DNA from: Dehalococcoidia bacterium
GTDB lineage: Bacteria; Chloroflexota; Dehalococcoidia; SZUA-161; SpSt-899
Assembly (NCBI GenBank): GCA_028711995.1
Contig: JAQTRE010000003.1
Span: 543 to 64,542, forward strand
Length of the DNA stretch: 64,000 nucleotides
Reading direction: 5' to 3'
Of the stretch, positions 47,329-58,697 are shown piece by piece. The notes under the pieces are model-generated. The model was not told where the DNA came from. It did no database searches and worked only from the letters and a program-made list of their open reading frames with translations. Position 1 is the stretch's first letter. Each line of letters starts with the position of its first letter. The position numbers were made by a program, and so were the translations under genes.

Positions 47329-47730
47329 TCACCATACGTAACACAAGATTTCCCCCCCCAGCCCACTCCGCCACGCTTGTTTTCCTGGCATTATCCCTTG
47401 CGTAGTAGATAACATGGCTATCCCCATCCCCCCATAAACGCGAGGGATTTCCCCTTTACCGACATACACCCTGAGACCTGGCTTACTCACACGCTTGAGT
47501 CCCTTTAAAACGGGCTCCTTTGTTTGTGTATACTTGAGATGTATCTTTATGACCCGCTGCGGTGTCTCACCCTTCAAGAGTTCGTACTCTCTGATAAATC
47601 CCTCATCTTTGAGAACCTTGGCAATGGCAATCTTGCTCTTTGAACAAGGAACGAGCACAAAATTTGAGCCCGACATATTAGCGTTTCTTATCCGCGTTAA
47701 CATATCAGCTATAGAATCAGTTACAGTCAT
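47329..47730 (-). CDS. rpsH: 30S ribosomal protein S8
   Basis: MTVTDSIADMLTRIRNA. Start at MTVTD; the track's upstream extension would overlap the S14 gene. Confidence 0.9.
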   Translation of the reverse strand: MTVTDSIADMLTRIRNANMSGSNFVLVPCSKSKIAIAKVLKDEGFIREYELLKGETPQRVIKIHLKYTQTKEPVLKGLKRVSKPGLRVYVGKGEIPRVYGGMGIAMLSTTQGIMPGKQAWRSGLGGEILCYVW

Positions 47731-47743
47731 GATTGCTCTCCCA

Positions 47744-47929
47744 TTACCAACTGGACTTCCGAACCCCCGGCAACTGTCCTTCATTGGCCAGTTTGCGGAA
47801 GCAAATGCGGCAGAGATCAAAGTAGCGCATATAAGCCCTCGGCCGCCCACACAAGCGACATCGATTCCTATGCTGTACCTTGTATTTCGGGGTTCTTTGT
47901 GATTTTACTATTTGAGAAGTCTTCGCCAC
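47744..47929 (-). CDS. rpsN: 30S ribosomal protein S14, zinc-binding type Z (61 aa)
   Basis: ..[26 protein letters not shown] is the CxxC...CxxC type-Z S14. Confidence 0.95.
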   Translation of the reverse strand: MAKTSQIVKSQRTPKYKVQHRNRCRLCGRPRAYMRYFDLCRICFRKLANEGQLPGVRKSSW

Positions 47930-47937
47930 TTATCTCC

Positions 47938-48486
47938 TTACTTGGCAAAGGGCATGCCCATGAGCTCCAAAAGACGCCTGCCTTCTTCATCGTCCTGCGC
48001 CGTGGTTACAATAGAGACCTGCAACCCTCGCACTTTATCGATCTTATCATAGTCGATTTCGGGGAAGAGGATTTGCTCCTTTATTCCTAACGAATAGTTT
48101 CCATGGCCGTCGAATGAATCTCTGGACACTCCCTGAAAGTCTCTGATGCGCGGGATTACAGCATTGATCAAACGATCAAGAAAATCATACATCCGTTTGC
48201 CCCGGAGTGTTACCATGACCCCGATCAGCATGCCCTGGCGCAGTTTGAAACCGGCGATTGATTTTCTGGCTTTGGTAGTTACCGGATGCTGCCCTGTGAT
48301 CGTTGCCAGATCTGTGGTTGCTGCCTCAAGTGCCTTCGCGTTTTGGATGGCCTCGCCCATGCTTATATTGAGCACCACCTTCTCCAACCGAGCAACCCTC
48401 ATCGGGCTCCGATACTCGCTCTCCCGCATTATCTGCGGTACTACTTCTTCGTGATACTTCTGCTTTAGACGTGAAATCTGGGGCAT
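47938..48486 (-). CDS. rplE: 50S ribosomal protein L5
   Basis: ..[30 protein letters not shown]. Start at MPQISRL, overlapping the rplX stop by 1 nt. Confidence 0.9.
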   Translation of the reverse strand: MPQISRLKQKYHEEVVPQIMRESEYRSPMRVARLEKVVLNISMGEAIQNAKALEAATTDLATITGQHPVTTKARKSIAGFKLRQGMLIGVMVTLRGKRMYDFLDRLINAVIPRIRDFQGVSRDSFDGHGNYSLGIKEQILFPEIDYDKIDKVRGLQVSIVTTAQDDEEGRRLLELMGMPFAK

Positions 48487-48803
48487 TAGTCGATTACCTC
48501 GTGACACTTTTTGCATATTCTAACCTTTTTCTTGTCCCCAAGAAAGCGGAACCCTACCCGTGTAGGTTGGTGGCATTTCTTGCAAATCAACTTCACGTCG
48601 GAAACGTGAATGGGGGCTTCTCTCTCAATAATTCCCGCCTGCCTCATCGTTCCCCGCGGCTTCATATGCCGCTTGGTCATATTGGCCCCTTCCACAATTA
48701 ACCGCTCATCCTTAGGGAAAGTCCGTTGTACTTTCCCCTTCTTTCCTTCACTTCTCCCCAATATCACCAGCACTTCATCGTTCTTCTTGATCTTCATCAT
48801 CAC
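48486..48803 (-). CDS. rplX: 50S ribosomal protein L24
   Basis: [24 protein letters not shown] (KOW motif). Confidence 0.95.
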   Translation of the reverse strand: MMMKIKKNDEVLVILGRSEGKKGKVQRTFPKDERLIVEGANMTKRHMKPRGTMRQAGIIEREAPIHVSDVKLICKKCHQPTRVGFRFLGDKKKVRICKKCHEVID

Positions 48804-49168
48804 AACACCTCAGGAGCCAGCGAGACGATTTTCATGAAGTCTTTCTCCCGAAGCTCACGGCCTACCGGACCGAAGATGCGGCTCCCTTTCGGATTTCCCT
48901 TTTCATCCAAGATGACAGCCGCGTTTTCATCGAATCTAATATACGAACCATCCCGACGGCCATATGGTTTAGCTACACGGACTATGACCGCTTTGACCAC
49001 ATCGCCTTTCTTGACTGCAGCGCCTGGATTTGCCTCCTTGACTGTAGCCACGATCACATCGCCTATTGTGGCATATCGCTTCCTCGTCCCTCCGGGAATC
49101 CCGAAGCACATAATCTCCCTTGCCCCGGAGTTATCCGCCGCTCTGAGCCTAGTATATATCTGGATCAT
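48800..49168 (-). CDS. rplN: 50S ribosomal protein L14
   Basis: [22 protein letters not shown]. Confidence 0.95.
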   Translation of the reverse strand: MIQIYTRLRAADNSGAREIMCFGIPGGTRKRYATIGDVIVATVKEANPGAAVKKGDVVKAVIVRVAKPYGRRDGSYIRFDENAAVILDEKGNPKGSRIFGPVGRELREKDFMKIVSLAPEVL

Positions 49169-49174
49169 GACTTC

Positions 49175-49456
49175 TTAACTCGCTTCCTCTTTTATTGACG
49201 GCTCTCTTGTCTCTGCCTTAGTCAGAATCTCCGCTACCCGCCAACACTTTTCCTTCGATAGAGGTCGCGTTTCGCTGATCTTGACCCTATCGCCAACACT
49301 ACAGGCGTTGGTCTCATCATGGGCTTTGAGCTTCTTATTATAAACGACATGTTTCTTGTAGCGAACATGCTGGCGACGAGTGCTTATCAGCACCACAACC
49401 GTCTTATCCATCTTATTGCTCACTACGTTCCCCACGAGGGTTCGCCTGTTACCCAT
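49175..49456 (-). CDS. rpsQ: 30S ribosomal protein S17
   Basis: [31 protein letters not shown]. Confidence 0.95.
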   Translation of the reverse strand: MGNRRTLVGNVVSNKMDKTVVVLISTRRQHVRYKKHVVYNKKLKAHDETNACSVGDRVKISETRPLSKEKCWRVAEILTKAETREPSIKEEAS

Positions 49457-49460
49457 ATTT

Positions 49461-49658
49461 CTAACTCCTGGATAGTTCCATTTCGCGCATTATAGTCTGG
49501 AGCTGGGCAATTTTCTTCTTTGCCTTGTTGACCTCGCGATAGTCGGTCAACTGCCTCGTGGAAGCTCTGAATCGCAGATTAAAAAGCTCCTGACGTGAAC
49601 TCTCGAGCTCTCGCCGGAGTTCCTCGTATTTCAACTTCCGCATGTCTGTTATCCGCAA
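49461..49658 (-). CDS. rpmC: 50S ribosomal protein L29
   Basis: ..[24 protein letters not shown]. Confidence 0.9.
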   Translation of the reverse strand: MRITDMRKLKYEELRRELESSRQELFNLRFRASTRQLTDYREVNKAKKKIAQLQTIMREMELSRS

Positions 49659-49683
49659 CTCTCCAAACTCCTCTTCAATATAC

Positions 49684-50094
49684 CTATTGTGCTTTCGTTA
49701 TGATCCGGGTAGCGATTGGAAGCTTATGGGAAGCCAGCTTCAAGGCCTCCTTTGCCACGTCCTCGCGAATGCCTGCCATCTCAAATAGAACTCTGCCCGG
49801 TTTCACCACAGCTACCCAATGATCTACGGCACCCTTCCCCTTGCCCATCCTGGTCTCCGGTGGGCGGGAGCTAACCGGCTTATCAGGGAAGACGCGAATC
49901 CAGACTTTCCCTCCGCGTTTTACATGGTGCACGATGGCGCGCCTGGAGGCCTCAATCTGGCGACTGGTAATCCAAGCGGGCTCCAATGCCTGCAGAGCGA
50001 ATTCTCCAAAATCAACAGAGTTCCCAGACTGGGCCTTGCCTTTCATACGGCCCCTCTGTGCTTTCCGATATTTGACTCTCTTTGGCTGTAACAT
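49684..50094 (-). CDS. rplP: 50S ribosomal protein L16
   Basis: [19 protein letters not shown]. Confidence 0.95.
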   Translation of the reverse strand: MLQPKRVKYRKAQRGRMKGKAQSGNSVDFGEFALQALEPAWITSRQIEASRRAIVHHVKRGGKVWIRVFPDKPVSSRPPETRMGKGKGAVDHWVAVVKPGRVLFEMAGIREDVAKEALKLASHKLPIATRIITKAQ

Positions 50095-50784
50095 CTAAGA
50101 TGACTCCCCAGGCTCTTCAGCTGCCTCGAGCCTTTCTCTCACAACTGGCTGTCGGACTTCAGGGACGATGAGGCCCTTAAAAATCCACGCCTTGATACCG
50201 ATCTTACCTGTGGCCGTAAGAGCTTCGGCAAGACCATAATCGATATCGGCACACAGGGTATGCAGAGGAACGCTCCCCTGGTGTTCCATTGTACGCCGAG
50301 CTATTTCATGTCCGTCAAGTCTTCCACTGATCTGGATCTTTATTCCCTTGGCTCCGGCATCCATAGTTTGCTGCATAGCCCGCTTCATGGCCCGTCGATA
50401 GGAAATCCTTCTCTCCAGCTGGTCTGCAATATTTCTAGCCACCAGATAGGCATCAAGTTCGGGCTCCCGTATCTCTTGAATATTCAGCCGGACCTTTTTT
50501 CCGACAACTTTTTCCAGGATGCCCCTCATCTCATCAACCCTCTGCCCCCCACGCCCAATAACCACTCCGGGCCTAGCCGTATAGATGGTAATCGTGACAT
50601 CGCCGGTGCCGCGTTCGATTTCCAACTTTGAAATACCGGCTCCGCTATAGTTGGATCTAATGGCACTGCGAATAGACAGATCCTCGTGCACCAGTGCAGC
50701 ATAATGGTGATCATCATGCCATTTGGACTGCCACGTCTTGAAGCTACCAAGCCTAAACCCTACTGGGTGAACCTTCTGCCCCAT
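50095..50784 (-). CDS. rpsC: 30S ribosomal protein S3
   Basis: MGQKVHPVGFRLG, KH domain. C-terminal acidic tail. Confidence 0.95.
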   Translation of the reverse strand: MGQKVHPVGFRLGSFKTWQSKWHDDHHYAALVHEDLSIRSAIRSNYSGAGISKLEIERGTGDVTITIYTARPGVVIGRGGQRVDEMRGILEKVVGKKVRLNIQEIREPELDAYLVARNIADQLERRISYRRAMKRAMQQTMDAGAKGIKIQISGRLDGHEIARRTMEHQGSVPLHTLCADIDYGLAEALTATGKIGIKAWIFKGLIVPEVRQPVVRERLEAAEEPGESS

Positions 50785-51117
50785 TTATGTCTCCTCAACC
50801 ACGATCGTAATGTGACACATTCGCTTGAGGATTGGATTGACCCTACCACGACCCTTAAACCGCATCCTCTTCATGCGCAATCCGTCATCCACGAATGCTC
50901 CGACAATTTTGAGTTCCGCTGGTGCCATCTGAAAGTTGTTCTCTGCATTGGCAGCAGCAGACTTCACCACTCGCGAGACAATCCGAGCGTTTGCGCTTGG
51001 CATATAACTCAAAATACCTAGAGCCTCATCGACCTTTTTCCCGCGCACACTATCGACAATCCGCCGTGCCTTCTCAGGAGAAAGCCTTATTCCTTTTGCT
51101 GTTGCTCTTACTTCCAT
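50785..51117 (-). CDS. rplV: 50S ribosomal protein L22
   Basis: MEVRATAKGIRLSPEKARRIVDSVRGKKV. Confidence 0.95.
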   Translation of the reverse strand: MEVRATAKGIRLSPEKARRIVDSVRGKKVDEALGILSYMPSANARIVSRVVKSAAANAENNFQMAPAELKIVGAFVDDGLRMKRMRFKGRGRVNPILKRMCHITIVVEET

Positions 51118-51158
51118 TCTCGTTCTACCAACCGGGGATTTTCTTTTTTCGTTGAAAG

Positions 51159-51443
51159 TTACGCTTTGCGAGTTGCTTTTTCCGCTTTGGCAGTATGCCC
51201 GCGATACGTCCGAGTCGGCACAAACTCTCCCAGTTTATGACCCACCATGTTCTCCGTCAAAAAGATAGGAACATGGCGTCTGCCATCATGAACCGCCAGC
51301 GTAATGCCAACCATCTCAGGTATGACGGTTGAACTGCGAGCCCAAGTCTTGATTACGGCCTTCTGCTTACTCTCCTTGAGAGCATTCACCTTCTTCATTA
51401 ACTTGGGATCAATAAATGGGCCTTTCTTTGTGGATCTTCCCAC
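51159..51443 (-). CDS. rpsS: 30S ribosomal protein S19
   Basis: [19 protein letters not shown]...[16 protein letters not shown]. Confidence 0.95.
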   Translation of the reverse strand: MGRSTKKGPFIDPKLMKKVNALKESKQKAVIKTWARSSTVIPEMVGITLAVHDGRRHVPIFLTENMVGHKLGEFVPTRTYRGHTAKAEKATRKA

Positions 51444-51455
51444 CTGAACCTCCGC

Positions 51456-52280
51456 TTACCTTCGCCTTCTGATAATCATATTGTCGGTTCGCTTGTTCTT
51501 CCGAGTCTTGACGCCACGGGCAGGCTTACCCCAAGGGGTTTTCGGACCAGGGAAACCCACTGAGCACCTTCCCTCACCACCACCATGAGGATGATCACGC
51601 GGCGTCATGGCAGTACCTCGCACCGTTGGACGCCACCCCATCAATCGCTTCCTGCCCGCCTTGCCGAGAACGATACTGTTATGGTCAATATTTCCAAGCT
51701 GACCGATCGTTGCCATACATTCCAGCCGGATGCGATGAGTCTCCTTTGAAGGAAGTCTCACTAAGGCATATTTATCCTCTTTGCCCATAAGTTGGGCGGC
51801 CGACCCGGCGCTTCGAACGAGCTGTCCGCCCCGCCCTAGATGAACTTCAATATTGTGAATAGGTGTTCCCGCAGGAATGAGCCTGAGCGGGAGAGCATTC
51901 CCTACTTTTATCTCGGCCTTCTCACCAGACATAACCTCTGCACCGACCTTGAGCCCCAGCGGCGACAAGATGTATCTCTTCTCCCCATCAGCGTATTGAA
52001 GGAGAGCGATATGCGCTGAACGATTTGGATCATACTCAAGAGCCACCACTTTAGCGGGGATATCATGCTTGCTCCGTTTGAAATCGATGATCCGGTATTT
52101 CCTCTTTACCCCACCCCCACGGTGCCTTACGGTGATCCGCCCCTGATTGTTTTTGCCTGCCTTCTTGCGTAGGGGCACAACCAGCGATTTCTCAGGCTTC
52201 TTCTTGGTCAGCTCACGAAAATCCTGCCCACTCATGCCCCGGCGACCCGGTGAGGTTGGTTTATGTAACTTGATTGCCAT
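51456..52280 (-). CDS. rplB: 50S ribosomal protein L2
   Basis: [14 protein letters not shown]...GGGEGR... Start at MAIKLHK; the track's N-terminal extension is not homologous to L2. Confidence 0.9.
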   Translation of the reverse strand: MAIKLHKPTSPGRRGMSGQDFRELTKKKPEKSLVVPLRKKAGKNNQGRITVRHRGGGVKRKYRIIDFKRSKHDIPAKVVALEYDPNRSAHIALLQYADGEKRYILSPLGLKVGAEVMSGEKAEIKVGNALPLRLIPAGTPIHNIEVHLGRGGQLVRSAGSAAQLMGKEDKYALVRLPSKETHRIRLECMATIGQLGNIDHNSIVLGKAGRKRLMGWRPTVRGTAMTPRDHPHGGGEGRCSVGFPGPKTPWGKPARGVKTRKNKRTDNMIIRRRR

Positions 52281-52288
52281 TATTCTTC

Positions 52289-52573
52289 CTAGACCCCTTC
52301 GAATATCTCGATCTTGTCGCCCGGTTTCAGCATAACGATAGCCTTCTTCCACGACGGCTTTTGGCCTTTCATCCTTCCGAAGCCTCTGGGTTTGGACGGA
52401 ACCATGACCACATTTATCGAGACTACGGTAACCTTGAAAGCCTTCTCTACGGCTGCTTTTATCTGAGCTTTGTTGGCCTTTTTCATCACTTCGAAGACAT
52501 ACTTATTCTGAACCCTGAGGTCGGAGCTCTTTTCCGTGACTATTGGCCTTCGGAGTACTTCATAGATATGCAT
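52289..52573 (-). CDS. rplW: 50S ribosomal protein L23
   Basis: [16 protein letters not shown]. Confidence 0.95.
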   Translation of the reverse strand: MHIYEVLRRPIVTEKSSDLRVQNKYVFEVMKKANKAQIKAAVEKAFKVTVVSINVVMVPSKPRGFGRMKGQKPSWKKAIVMLKPGDKIEIFEGV

Positions 52574-52588
52574 CTTGATAACCTATCC

Positions 52589-53233
52589 TCATGCAACAGC
52601 GGGTTTCTCTGCCCCCAGAAGCTCTTCAACCGCCCGGACAGCATCAGCCGTCATTATCAAACTCTTGTGGGAGAGCAGATCGACCACATTCAGCTGCCGA
52701 GCCTGAGTCACCTTGGTTCGACTGAGATTACATGCTGATTTGATCACATTCGCGTCCGGCGAAGATAAGGCAATGAGGGCTGAGCGATCAACTTCCAAAG
52801 CCTTCAAGAGACTGATCATGTTCTTGGTTTTGGGTTCGCTCATCACCAAGCTATCTATTACCTTCAGCTCCCCATCAGAAAGCTTTCCGGAAAGCAGGCA
52901 CTTTATCGCCAAACGACGCATCTTCTTGGGCATGGCCTGTCGATAGCTCCTGGGGCGAGGACCAAACGTTACCCCGCCATGGCGGCGCAAAGGTGATCTA
53001 AGGTCACCCGCTCTCGCTCGGCCGGTATGTTTTTGTCGGAATAGCTTACGAGTGCTGCCTGCTACTTCACTACGGGTCTTCGTGTTAGCCGTGCCCACTC
53101 TGGCATTGGCTCGCTGCCTCACCATTGCTTGGTGAACGACAGCCTCATTCATAGCCACGCCAAAAACGCTCTCATCTAGATCGAGCTGCCTTACAATTGC
53201 CCCTTCAGCATCATAAACTGGAATTTGCATCAT
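52589..53233 (-). CDS. rplD: 50S ribosomal protein L4
   Basis: ..KQKHTGRARAGDLRSPLRRHGGVTFGP. Confidence 0.95.
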   Translation of the reverse strand: MMQIPVYDAEGAIVRQLDLDESVFGVAMNEAVVHQAMVRQRANARVGTANTKTRSEVAGSTRKLFRQKHTGRARAGDLRSPLRRHGGVTFGPRPRSYRQAMPKKMRRLAIKCLLSGKLSDGELKVIDSLVMSEPKTKNMISLLKALEVDRSALIALSSPDANVIKSACNLSRTKVTQARQLNVVDLLSHKSLIMTADAVRAVEELLGAEKPAVA

Positions 53234-53514
53234 ATCCCCTTGGGTGCTTCACTCACAAAAACAGCCAACAGCTTACAGTTTGTCCTCTTTGCTGGTGACT
53301 GTAGACTGTGGGCTGTAGCTACCAGATTTCGCAAACTAGATGCGGCCCCGCACTCCCTACCAACTGGACTACTATAGCTTACAGGAAATATCAGCAAAGT
53401 CAAGAGGGTAGCGCCAAAAAGCACCCCTATAACTGAGATCACGCCAATTTCAAAAACCATTAATAATCCCCATTCCTTCCCTGCTAGCATCTTCACCCTA
53501 AAAATAGAGCTCAA
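53230..53514 (-). CDS. Small predicted single-pass membrane protein encoded between rplC and rplD (hypothetical)
   Basis: ORF whose TGA stop overlaps the rplD ATG as ATGA (plus-strand tcat at 53230-53233). Hydrophobic helix VFEIGVISVIGVLFGATLLTLLIFPV. It fills an unusually long rplC-rplD spacer of about 350 nt. The track start is TTG at 53514; an internal ATG (MLAGKEW..) is an alternative. Confidence 0.3.
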   Translation of the reverse strand: MSSIFRVKMLAGKEWGLLMVFEIGVISVIGVLFGATLLTLLIFPVSYSSPVGRECGAASSLRNLVATAHSLQSPAKRTNCKLLAVFVSEAPKGI

Positions 53515-53582
53515 TAAGACCCTATAGCATCTCGCAACAATTACAGTGTGTCTCGACCGAATCGCACTGTGCCCAACAAACG

Positions 53583-54194
53583 TTAGACCTTCTGGATGAT
53601 GACCAGCCCATTTCTATGCCCGGGAACAGAACCTCGCAGAAGAAGCAGGTTGCGGTCCGGGTCGGCCTTTACTACCTTCAATCTTCTGGCGGTCACCCTT
53701 TCGTTCCCCATATGTCCGGCCATGCGCTGCCCTTTTAGCACCTTGGATTGGCCAGTGCCGGCGCCAACGGAACCGGGAGCCCGGTGACGATCAGACTGCC
53801 CGTGTGTTTTAGGGCCACCCTTAAAGTGATGGCGCTTCACTCCACCGGCGAAGCCCCTTCCCTTTGAAGTGCCGATAACATCGACAATATCTCCAGGCTT
53901 GAAAATATCAACGCCTACTTTTTGACCAAGCTCCACTCCGGAAATATCATCCGTCCTCAGTTCGCGCAATTGCTTGAAATTCCCGGACTTTTTGAGATGC
54001 CCCTTCTCCGGTTTATTCAGTTTCTTGGACTCGCTAAAGCCAATCTGAACGGCATTGTAGCCTTCCTTGTCCAATGTCTTGATCTGTGTCACAGCGCAAG
54101 GGCCTGCCTCGATGGCAGTGACCTGAACCACCGCGCCATCATCAGCAAAGATTTGGGTCATGCCTATCTTCTTACCTAAAATTCCACCAACCAT
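53583..54194 (-). CDS. rplC: 50S ribosomal protein L3
   Basis: [16 protein letters not shown]. Start at MVGG; the track's extension is unlikely. Confidence 0.9.
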   Translation of the reverse strand: MVGGILGKKIGMTQIFADDGAVVQVTAIEAGPCAVTQIKTLDKEGYNAVQIGFSESKKLNKPEKGHLKKSGNFKQLRELRTDDISGVELGQKVGVDIFKPGDIVDVIGTSKGRGFAGGVKRHHFKGGPKTHGQSDRHRAPGSVGAGTGQSKVLKGQRMAGHMGNERVTARRLKVVKADPDRNLLLLRGSVPGHRNGLVIIQKV

Positions 54195-54265
54195 TTCACT
54201 TTCCTTCCCTAGACTCACAGCACCTTCGCTGCCATCTTCGATCGTCAGTCAAGCACGGATCGCTT

Positions 54266-54574
54266 TTAAATCTTGATCTCGATGCTCACACCGGCAGGCA
54301 AATTGAGACGGGTGAGGGCATCAACTGTCTTCGATGTCGGATCCACGATATCAATCAAGCGCTTATGAGTACGAATTTCAAACTCCTCGCGGGAGTCCTT
54401 ATCGATAACCGGTGAGCGAATAACGCAGAATTTCTTGATGTGTGTCGGCAGCGGTACAGGCCCAACTACGGCTGCCCCGGTGCTTTCCGCAGACTCAACA
54501 ATATGAGCCGCCGACTGATCTAGTATTCGATGATCATAAGATTTCAGCTTGATCCTGATTTTTTGCTTTGCCAT
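54266..54574 (-). CDS. rpsJ: 30S ribosomal protein S10
   Basis: [41 protein letters not shown]. Confidence 0.95.
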   Translation of the reverse strand: MAKQKIRIKLKSYDHRILDQSAAHIVESAESTGAAVVGPVPLPTHIKKFCVIRSPVIDKDSREEFEIRTHKRLIDIVDPTSKTVDALTRLNLPAGVSIEIKI

Positions 54575-54582
54575 GTTAACCG

Positions 54583-56661
54583 CTATCTCCCGATCCTGTA
54601 TTTTGATGTGATCTTTTCAGCCATATCTTTAGAGACTGCTTCGTAATGGTCAAAACCCATAAAAAAGCTGGCCCGCCCTTGACTTATGGACCTCAGGTCA
54701 GTGGCATAACCAAAACTCTCTGACAGGGGAAGATAGCATTGAATAATACTGATCCCCTCATTTTGCTCAATACCCTCAATACCGCTTCGCTTTGAATTCA
54801 GACTGCCAATGACGTCACCAAGAAACTCCTCCGGGGTTGAAACTTCCACCTTCATGATTGGCTCAAGGATTACCGCGGCAGCTTTCTGGATACAAGCTTT
54901 CGCCGCCATGGACCCGGCCATCTTGAAAGCGATATCGGAAGAATCTACTTCATGGTAACTTCCGTCCACAACTGTAGCTCGCACATCGATCACCGGATAG
55001 CCTGCTATGACGCCTTCATCTAAAGCCTGCTTTACCCCGGCTTGTATCGACGAAACGTATTCCTTGGGTATCGTCCCACCGACGAGACGGTTGACAAATT
55101 CAAACCCTTTCCCTCGCTCCAAAGGTTCCATTTCGAGCCATACATCCCCATATTGACCTCTGCCGCCGCTCTGGCGGATGAACCGACCCTCAGCCTTGGC
55201 GGAGGTCGTGATAGTCTCCTTATAAGCCACACGAGGCTTGCTTACATTCGCGTGGACCTTAAACTCGCGCAGTAAGCGAGTGGCGATAACCTCAAGCTGC
55301 AACTCACCCATGCCTGAAATAAGCGTCTGCCCGGTTTCTTGATTGTATTGAACCTTGAACGTCGGGTCTTCCTCGGCCAACTTGTTGAGAGATTCAACTA
55401 TCCGATCCTGGTCAACCTTCGATTTGGGCTCAATAGCCACTGATACCACAGGCTCCGGAAATGTGATGGACTCCAAAATAATGGGGTTTTTGGGATCACA
55501 GATCGTATCACCGGTGGAAGTATCCCTCAATCCAACGGCAGCGGCGATTCCACCGCTGTAAATTTCCTGAACTTCTATCCGATCATTGGCATGCATTTGA
55601 TATAATCGCCCGATTCTTTCCTTTTTGCCCGTGACAGCATTATACACCTGAGCTCCGGATTTGATAGTGCCGGAATATACCCTAAGGTACACCAACCTGC
55701 CAACGAATGGGTCGGTGACAATTTTGAAAGCGAGTGCTGCCAGCGGGGCTTCATTTTGAGGGTATCGAACTTCTTCTTTTTCAGTATCGGGTCTCAGTCC
55801 GCAGATTGGGGGTGTATCCAAAGGTGAAGGAAGATAATATGCTACTGCATCGAGAACTGGCTGGACACCGATATCTCTGAGGGCGCTACCACACATAACC
55901 GGGACAATCTTATTGGCAATGGTGGCACGGCGTATTCCTGCCCGGAGAGTAGCGACATCAACCTCACTATCGTTGATATAGGCATTCATGAGGTCATTAT
56001 CGCTTTCGGCAACATGTTCGATAATTTCACGCCGGGAACGGGCTGTTATCTCCCGATATTCGGCCGGGATATCCATCGTCTCCATATTCCCATCTTTAGA
56101 GAAGAGAAGCGCCTTCTCCTCAACCAGATCGATGATTCCGGCAAATGAGGATTCAGCTCCCATGGGCAATTGAATCGGCACAGCGTTCGTCTTCAGTCGC
56201 TTTTTCATCATCTCAATGGTCCGCTGAAAATTGGCCCCCGTCCGATCCATCTTGTTCACAAAGCAGATTCTGGGAACTTTGTATTTGGTTGCCTGGCGCC
56301 AGACCATTTCCGATTGGGATTCAACACCTTCCACGCCATCAAAGATCACCACACCCCCATCAAGCACACGAAGACTTCTCTCCACCTCAGCAGTGAAATC
56401 CACATGCCCCGGCGTATCAATAATGTTGATCCTGTGGTCTTGCCAAACGCAGCTGGTTGCCGCAGAGGTTATGGTGATTCCGCGCTCGCGCTCCTGGTCC
56501 ATCCAGTCCATTTCCGTTGTGCCGTCGTCCACCCGCCCAACCTTGTACGTGCGCCCACTATGATGAAGGATCATCTCTGTCATCGTGGTCTTTCCCGCAT
56601 CGATGTGAGCGATGACCCCAATGTTACGCGTAAGTTCAATCAGTGACGACGTCTGCGACAT
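54583..56661 (-). CDS. fusA: Translation elongation factor G
   Basis: ..[19 protein letters not shown]..., [12 protein letters not shown], domains II to V. Start likely at MSQTSS; the track extends 10 codons further to 56691. Confidence 0.95.
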   Translation of the reverse strand: MSQTSSLIELTRNIGVIAHIDAGKTTMTEMILHHSGRTYKVGRVDDGTTEMDWMDQERERGITITSAATSCVWQDHRINIIDTPGHVDFTAEVERSLRVLDGGVVIFDGVEGVESQSEMVWRQATKYKVPRICFVNKMDRTGANFQRTIEMMKKRLKTNAVPIQLPMGAESSFAGIIDLVEEKALLFSKDGNMETMDIPAEYREITARSRREIIEHVAESDNDLMNAYINDSEVDVATLRAGIRRATIANKIVPVMCGSALRDIGVQPVLDAVAYYLPSPLDTPPICGLRPDTEKEEVRYPQNEAPLAALAFKIVTDPFVGRLVYLRVYSGTIKSGAQVYNAVTGKKERIGRLYQMHANDRIEVQEIYSGGIAAAVGLRDTSTGDTICDPKNPIILESITFPEPVVSVAIEPKSKVDQDRIVESLNKLAEEDPTFKVQYNQETGQTLISGMGELQLEVIATRLLREFKVHANVSKPRVAYKETITTSAKAEGRFIRQSGGRGQYGDVWLEMEPLERGKGFEFVNRLVGGTIPKEYVSSIQAGVKQALDEGVIAGYPVIDVRATVVDGSYHEVDSSDIAFKMAGSMAAKACIQKAAAVILEPIMKVEVSTPEEFLGDVIGSLNSKRSGIEGIEQNEGISIIQCYLPLSESFGYATDLRSISQGRASFFMGFDHYEAVSKDMAEKITSKYRIGR

Positions 56662-56697
56662 ACTCTGCGCCTTAGCAATTACCTTTAACATTTCAGA

Positions 56698-57171
56698 CTA
56701 CCATCGATAATGAGCAAAAGCCCGATTTGCCTCCGCCATTCTGTGCGTATCCAGCTGTTTCTTGACTGCAGGTCCTTCTCCACGCGAAGCCTCGATGAGT
56801 TCCGCCGCGAGTTTTTCCGCCATTGGCTTTCCCTTCCGGGATCTGGCCGAATCGATCAGCCAGCGCATGGCCAGAGCCTGGCCTCGCGCCGGGGACACCT
56901 CCGTCGGGACCTGGTAAGTAGCTCCGCCAATACGACGTGGCTTCACCGCCACGAGAGGCGTAGCATTCTTTATGGCTTGCTCAAAGACTTCCAAGGGATC
57001 CTTCTTTGTCTGTTCCTGTATGACATCCATCACCGAGTAGACAATGATCTCAGCCGTACTCTTCTTGCCTCTCAGCATTATCTTATTGATGAATCGGGCA
57101 AGCTTTTCGTTCTGATATTTTACATCAGGCTGAATGACTCTTTTGGTGAATGTTTTCCCTCGTCTTGGCAT
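56698..57171 (-). CDS. rpsG: 30S ribosomal protein S7
   Basis: MPRRGKTFTKRVIQPDVKYQNEKLARFINKIMLRGKKSTAE. Confidence 0.95.
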   Translation of the reverse strand: MPRRGKTFTKRVIQPDVKYQNEKLARFINKIMLRGKKSTAEIIVYSVMDVIQEQTKKDPLEVFEQAIKNATPLVAVKPRRIGGATYQVPTEVSPARGQALAMRWLIDSARSRKGKPMAEKLAAELIEASRGEGPAVKKQLDTHRMAEANRAFAHYRW

Positions 57172-57257
57172 TGACTTATACCCCTCATTTCAGATGGAGG
57201 AGCTTCTATCGTGTTGACAGAAGCTCCTCTGGGCGAGTTCACTTCGCTGAAGAAACC

Positions 57258-57680
57258 CTAGCTTTTCGCTTTTACTCTTTTTGCCCCGTACTTGCTGCGG
57301 CTGGTCTGCCTACCTGCAACACCTTCCGTATCTAACGTGCCGCGAACAATATGATAATTGACACCGGGCAGGTCTTTTACTCTCCCCCCCCGAACCAACA
57401 CCACCGAGTGTTCCTGCAGATTATGACCTTCGCCGGGAATATAGGCCGCTACCTCTATTCCATTGGTGAGCCGAACACGCGCCACCTTCCGCAACGCTGA
57501 ATTCGGCTTCTTGGGAGTCACCGTCTTAACTTGAAGGCAAACTCCTCGCTTCTGAGGTGATCCACCAGCTCGCTTTCCCCTGCCTTTGAGTGAGTTGTAG
57601 GCATAATGGAGTGCTGGTCTCTTCACTCTGGTTTTGAGTGGCTGACGCCCTTTTCTTACTAGCTGATTTATTGTCGGCAA
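57258..57680 (-). CDS. rpsL: 30S ribosomal protein S12
   Basis: [12 protein letters not shown]...[19 protein letters not shown]. The canonical N-terminus begins at PTINQL, implying a TTG start at 57680. The track's ATG at 57725 would add 15 atypical residues. Confidence 0.9.
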   Translation of the reverse strand: MPTINQLVRKGRQPLKTRVKRPALHYAYNSLKGRGKRAGGSPQKRGVCLQVKTVTPKKPNSALRKVARVRLTNGIEVAAYIPGEGHNLQEHSVVLVRGGRVKDLPGVNYHIVRGTLDTEGVAGRQTSRSKYGAKRVKAKS

Positions 57681-57976
57681 GTTCCCGCCCCTTTCTCGAA
57701 TTGCTAATGGGTGACAATATTGCATTTAACCATCAACGATCAATATTGTCAAGTGATCAGCCTGACTCTTGCCAAATATCTGACACTAATCCTCCTTCAA
57801 ACAAGCGTAAACCAACTCCCTCAGAAAACCTCTCTGTGTTATGGAATACCATCGCTTGAAGAGTGAGCAGCCAATAGCACAATCGATTCCTGCATGGTCC
57901 CTCTTGCCAAAATGGATTCCCAGGAACTAGAATATCACCAGCGCTTATCTTACTCTCCCGATCAGGACAATTTTCA

Positions 57977-58648
57977 TTGACTGTACCCAGCGAATTTCTA
58001 CTATCCAATCCCTATTTCTCCGGACTCAGTCCTTCAGAGATTGACTCTATCGGCACGGTCGTCTTTGAAAGATCTTTCGCGAAGGGAGAAGTGATCACCT
58101 GGGAAGGGAACCCCGGCGAGTCCCTCTATTTCGTCGTCTCCGGAGCAGTCAAGTGCTTCAAAACGTCAGAAGAAGGGAAAGAGCAGATAATGCGCATAAT
58201 CTTACCCGGAGATTCGTTCAACGACGTGGCTGTGTTCGATGGAGGCCCCAGTCCGGCCTCCGCGGAAGCCATGAGTCCGGTTAGCCTCTATGGCATCACC
58301 CGGAATGACATAGAGAAAATTTTGAAAGACTATCCGAAGGTGTTCCCAAATGTGGTAAAGGTTATGACTGCAAGGATTAGACACCTGATAGAATTGGTAG
58401 AGGACCTTTCGTTCCGGCGCGTTATCAACAGAATCGCCAGAGTGCTTCTGGAGTACGGCGCCGATGGCACAAGCCCGAAGCCAAAGCTTACTCAGCAGGA
58501 GATGGCAGCCACAGTGGGCACTGCTCGGGAGGTAGTGGGAAGGTCTCTCAAGACGTTGCAGCAAGAGGGCCTGATTCGAATTGAGCGAAACCGTCTGATC
58601 ATCGCCAACAAGAAGGCGTTACAACAAATGGCCAACTCGGTCACGTGA
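57977..58648 (+). CDS. Crp/Fnr-family transcriptional regulator (cNMP-binding domain + C-terminal HTH), Crp-type with no N-terminal Cys cluster
   Basis: ..FAKGEVITWEGNPGESLYFVVSGAVKC.. beta-roll and a C-terminal HTH (TQQEMAATVGTAREVVGRSLKTLQQEGLI). TTG start at 57977. Confidence 0.75.
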   Translation: MTVPSEFLLSNPYFSGLSPSEIDSIGTVVFERSFAKGEVITWEGNPGESLYFVVSGAVKCFKTSEEGKEQIMRIILPGDSFNDVAVFDGGPSPASAEAMSPVSLYGITRNDIEKILKDYPKVFPNVVKVMTARIRHLIELVEDLSFRRVINRIARVLLEYGADGTSPKPKLTQQEMAATVGTAREVVGRSLKTLQQEGLIRIERNRLIIANKKALQQMANSVT

Positions 58649-58697
58649 GCAACCAGGGTGACAAAGGTCACTTAGTTCAGATGGGAATTCTGCTAGT

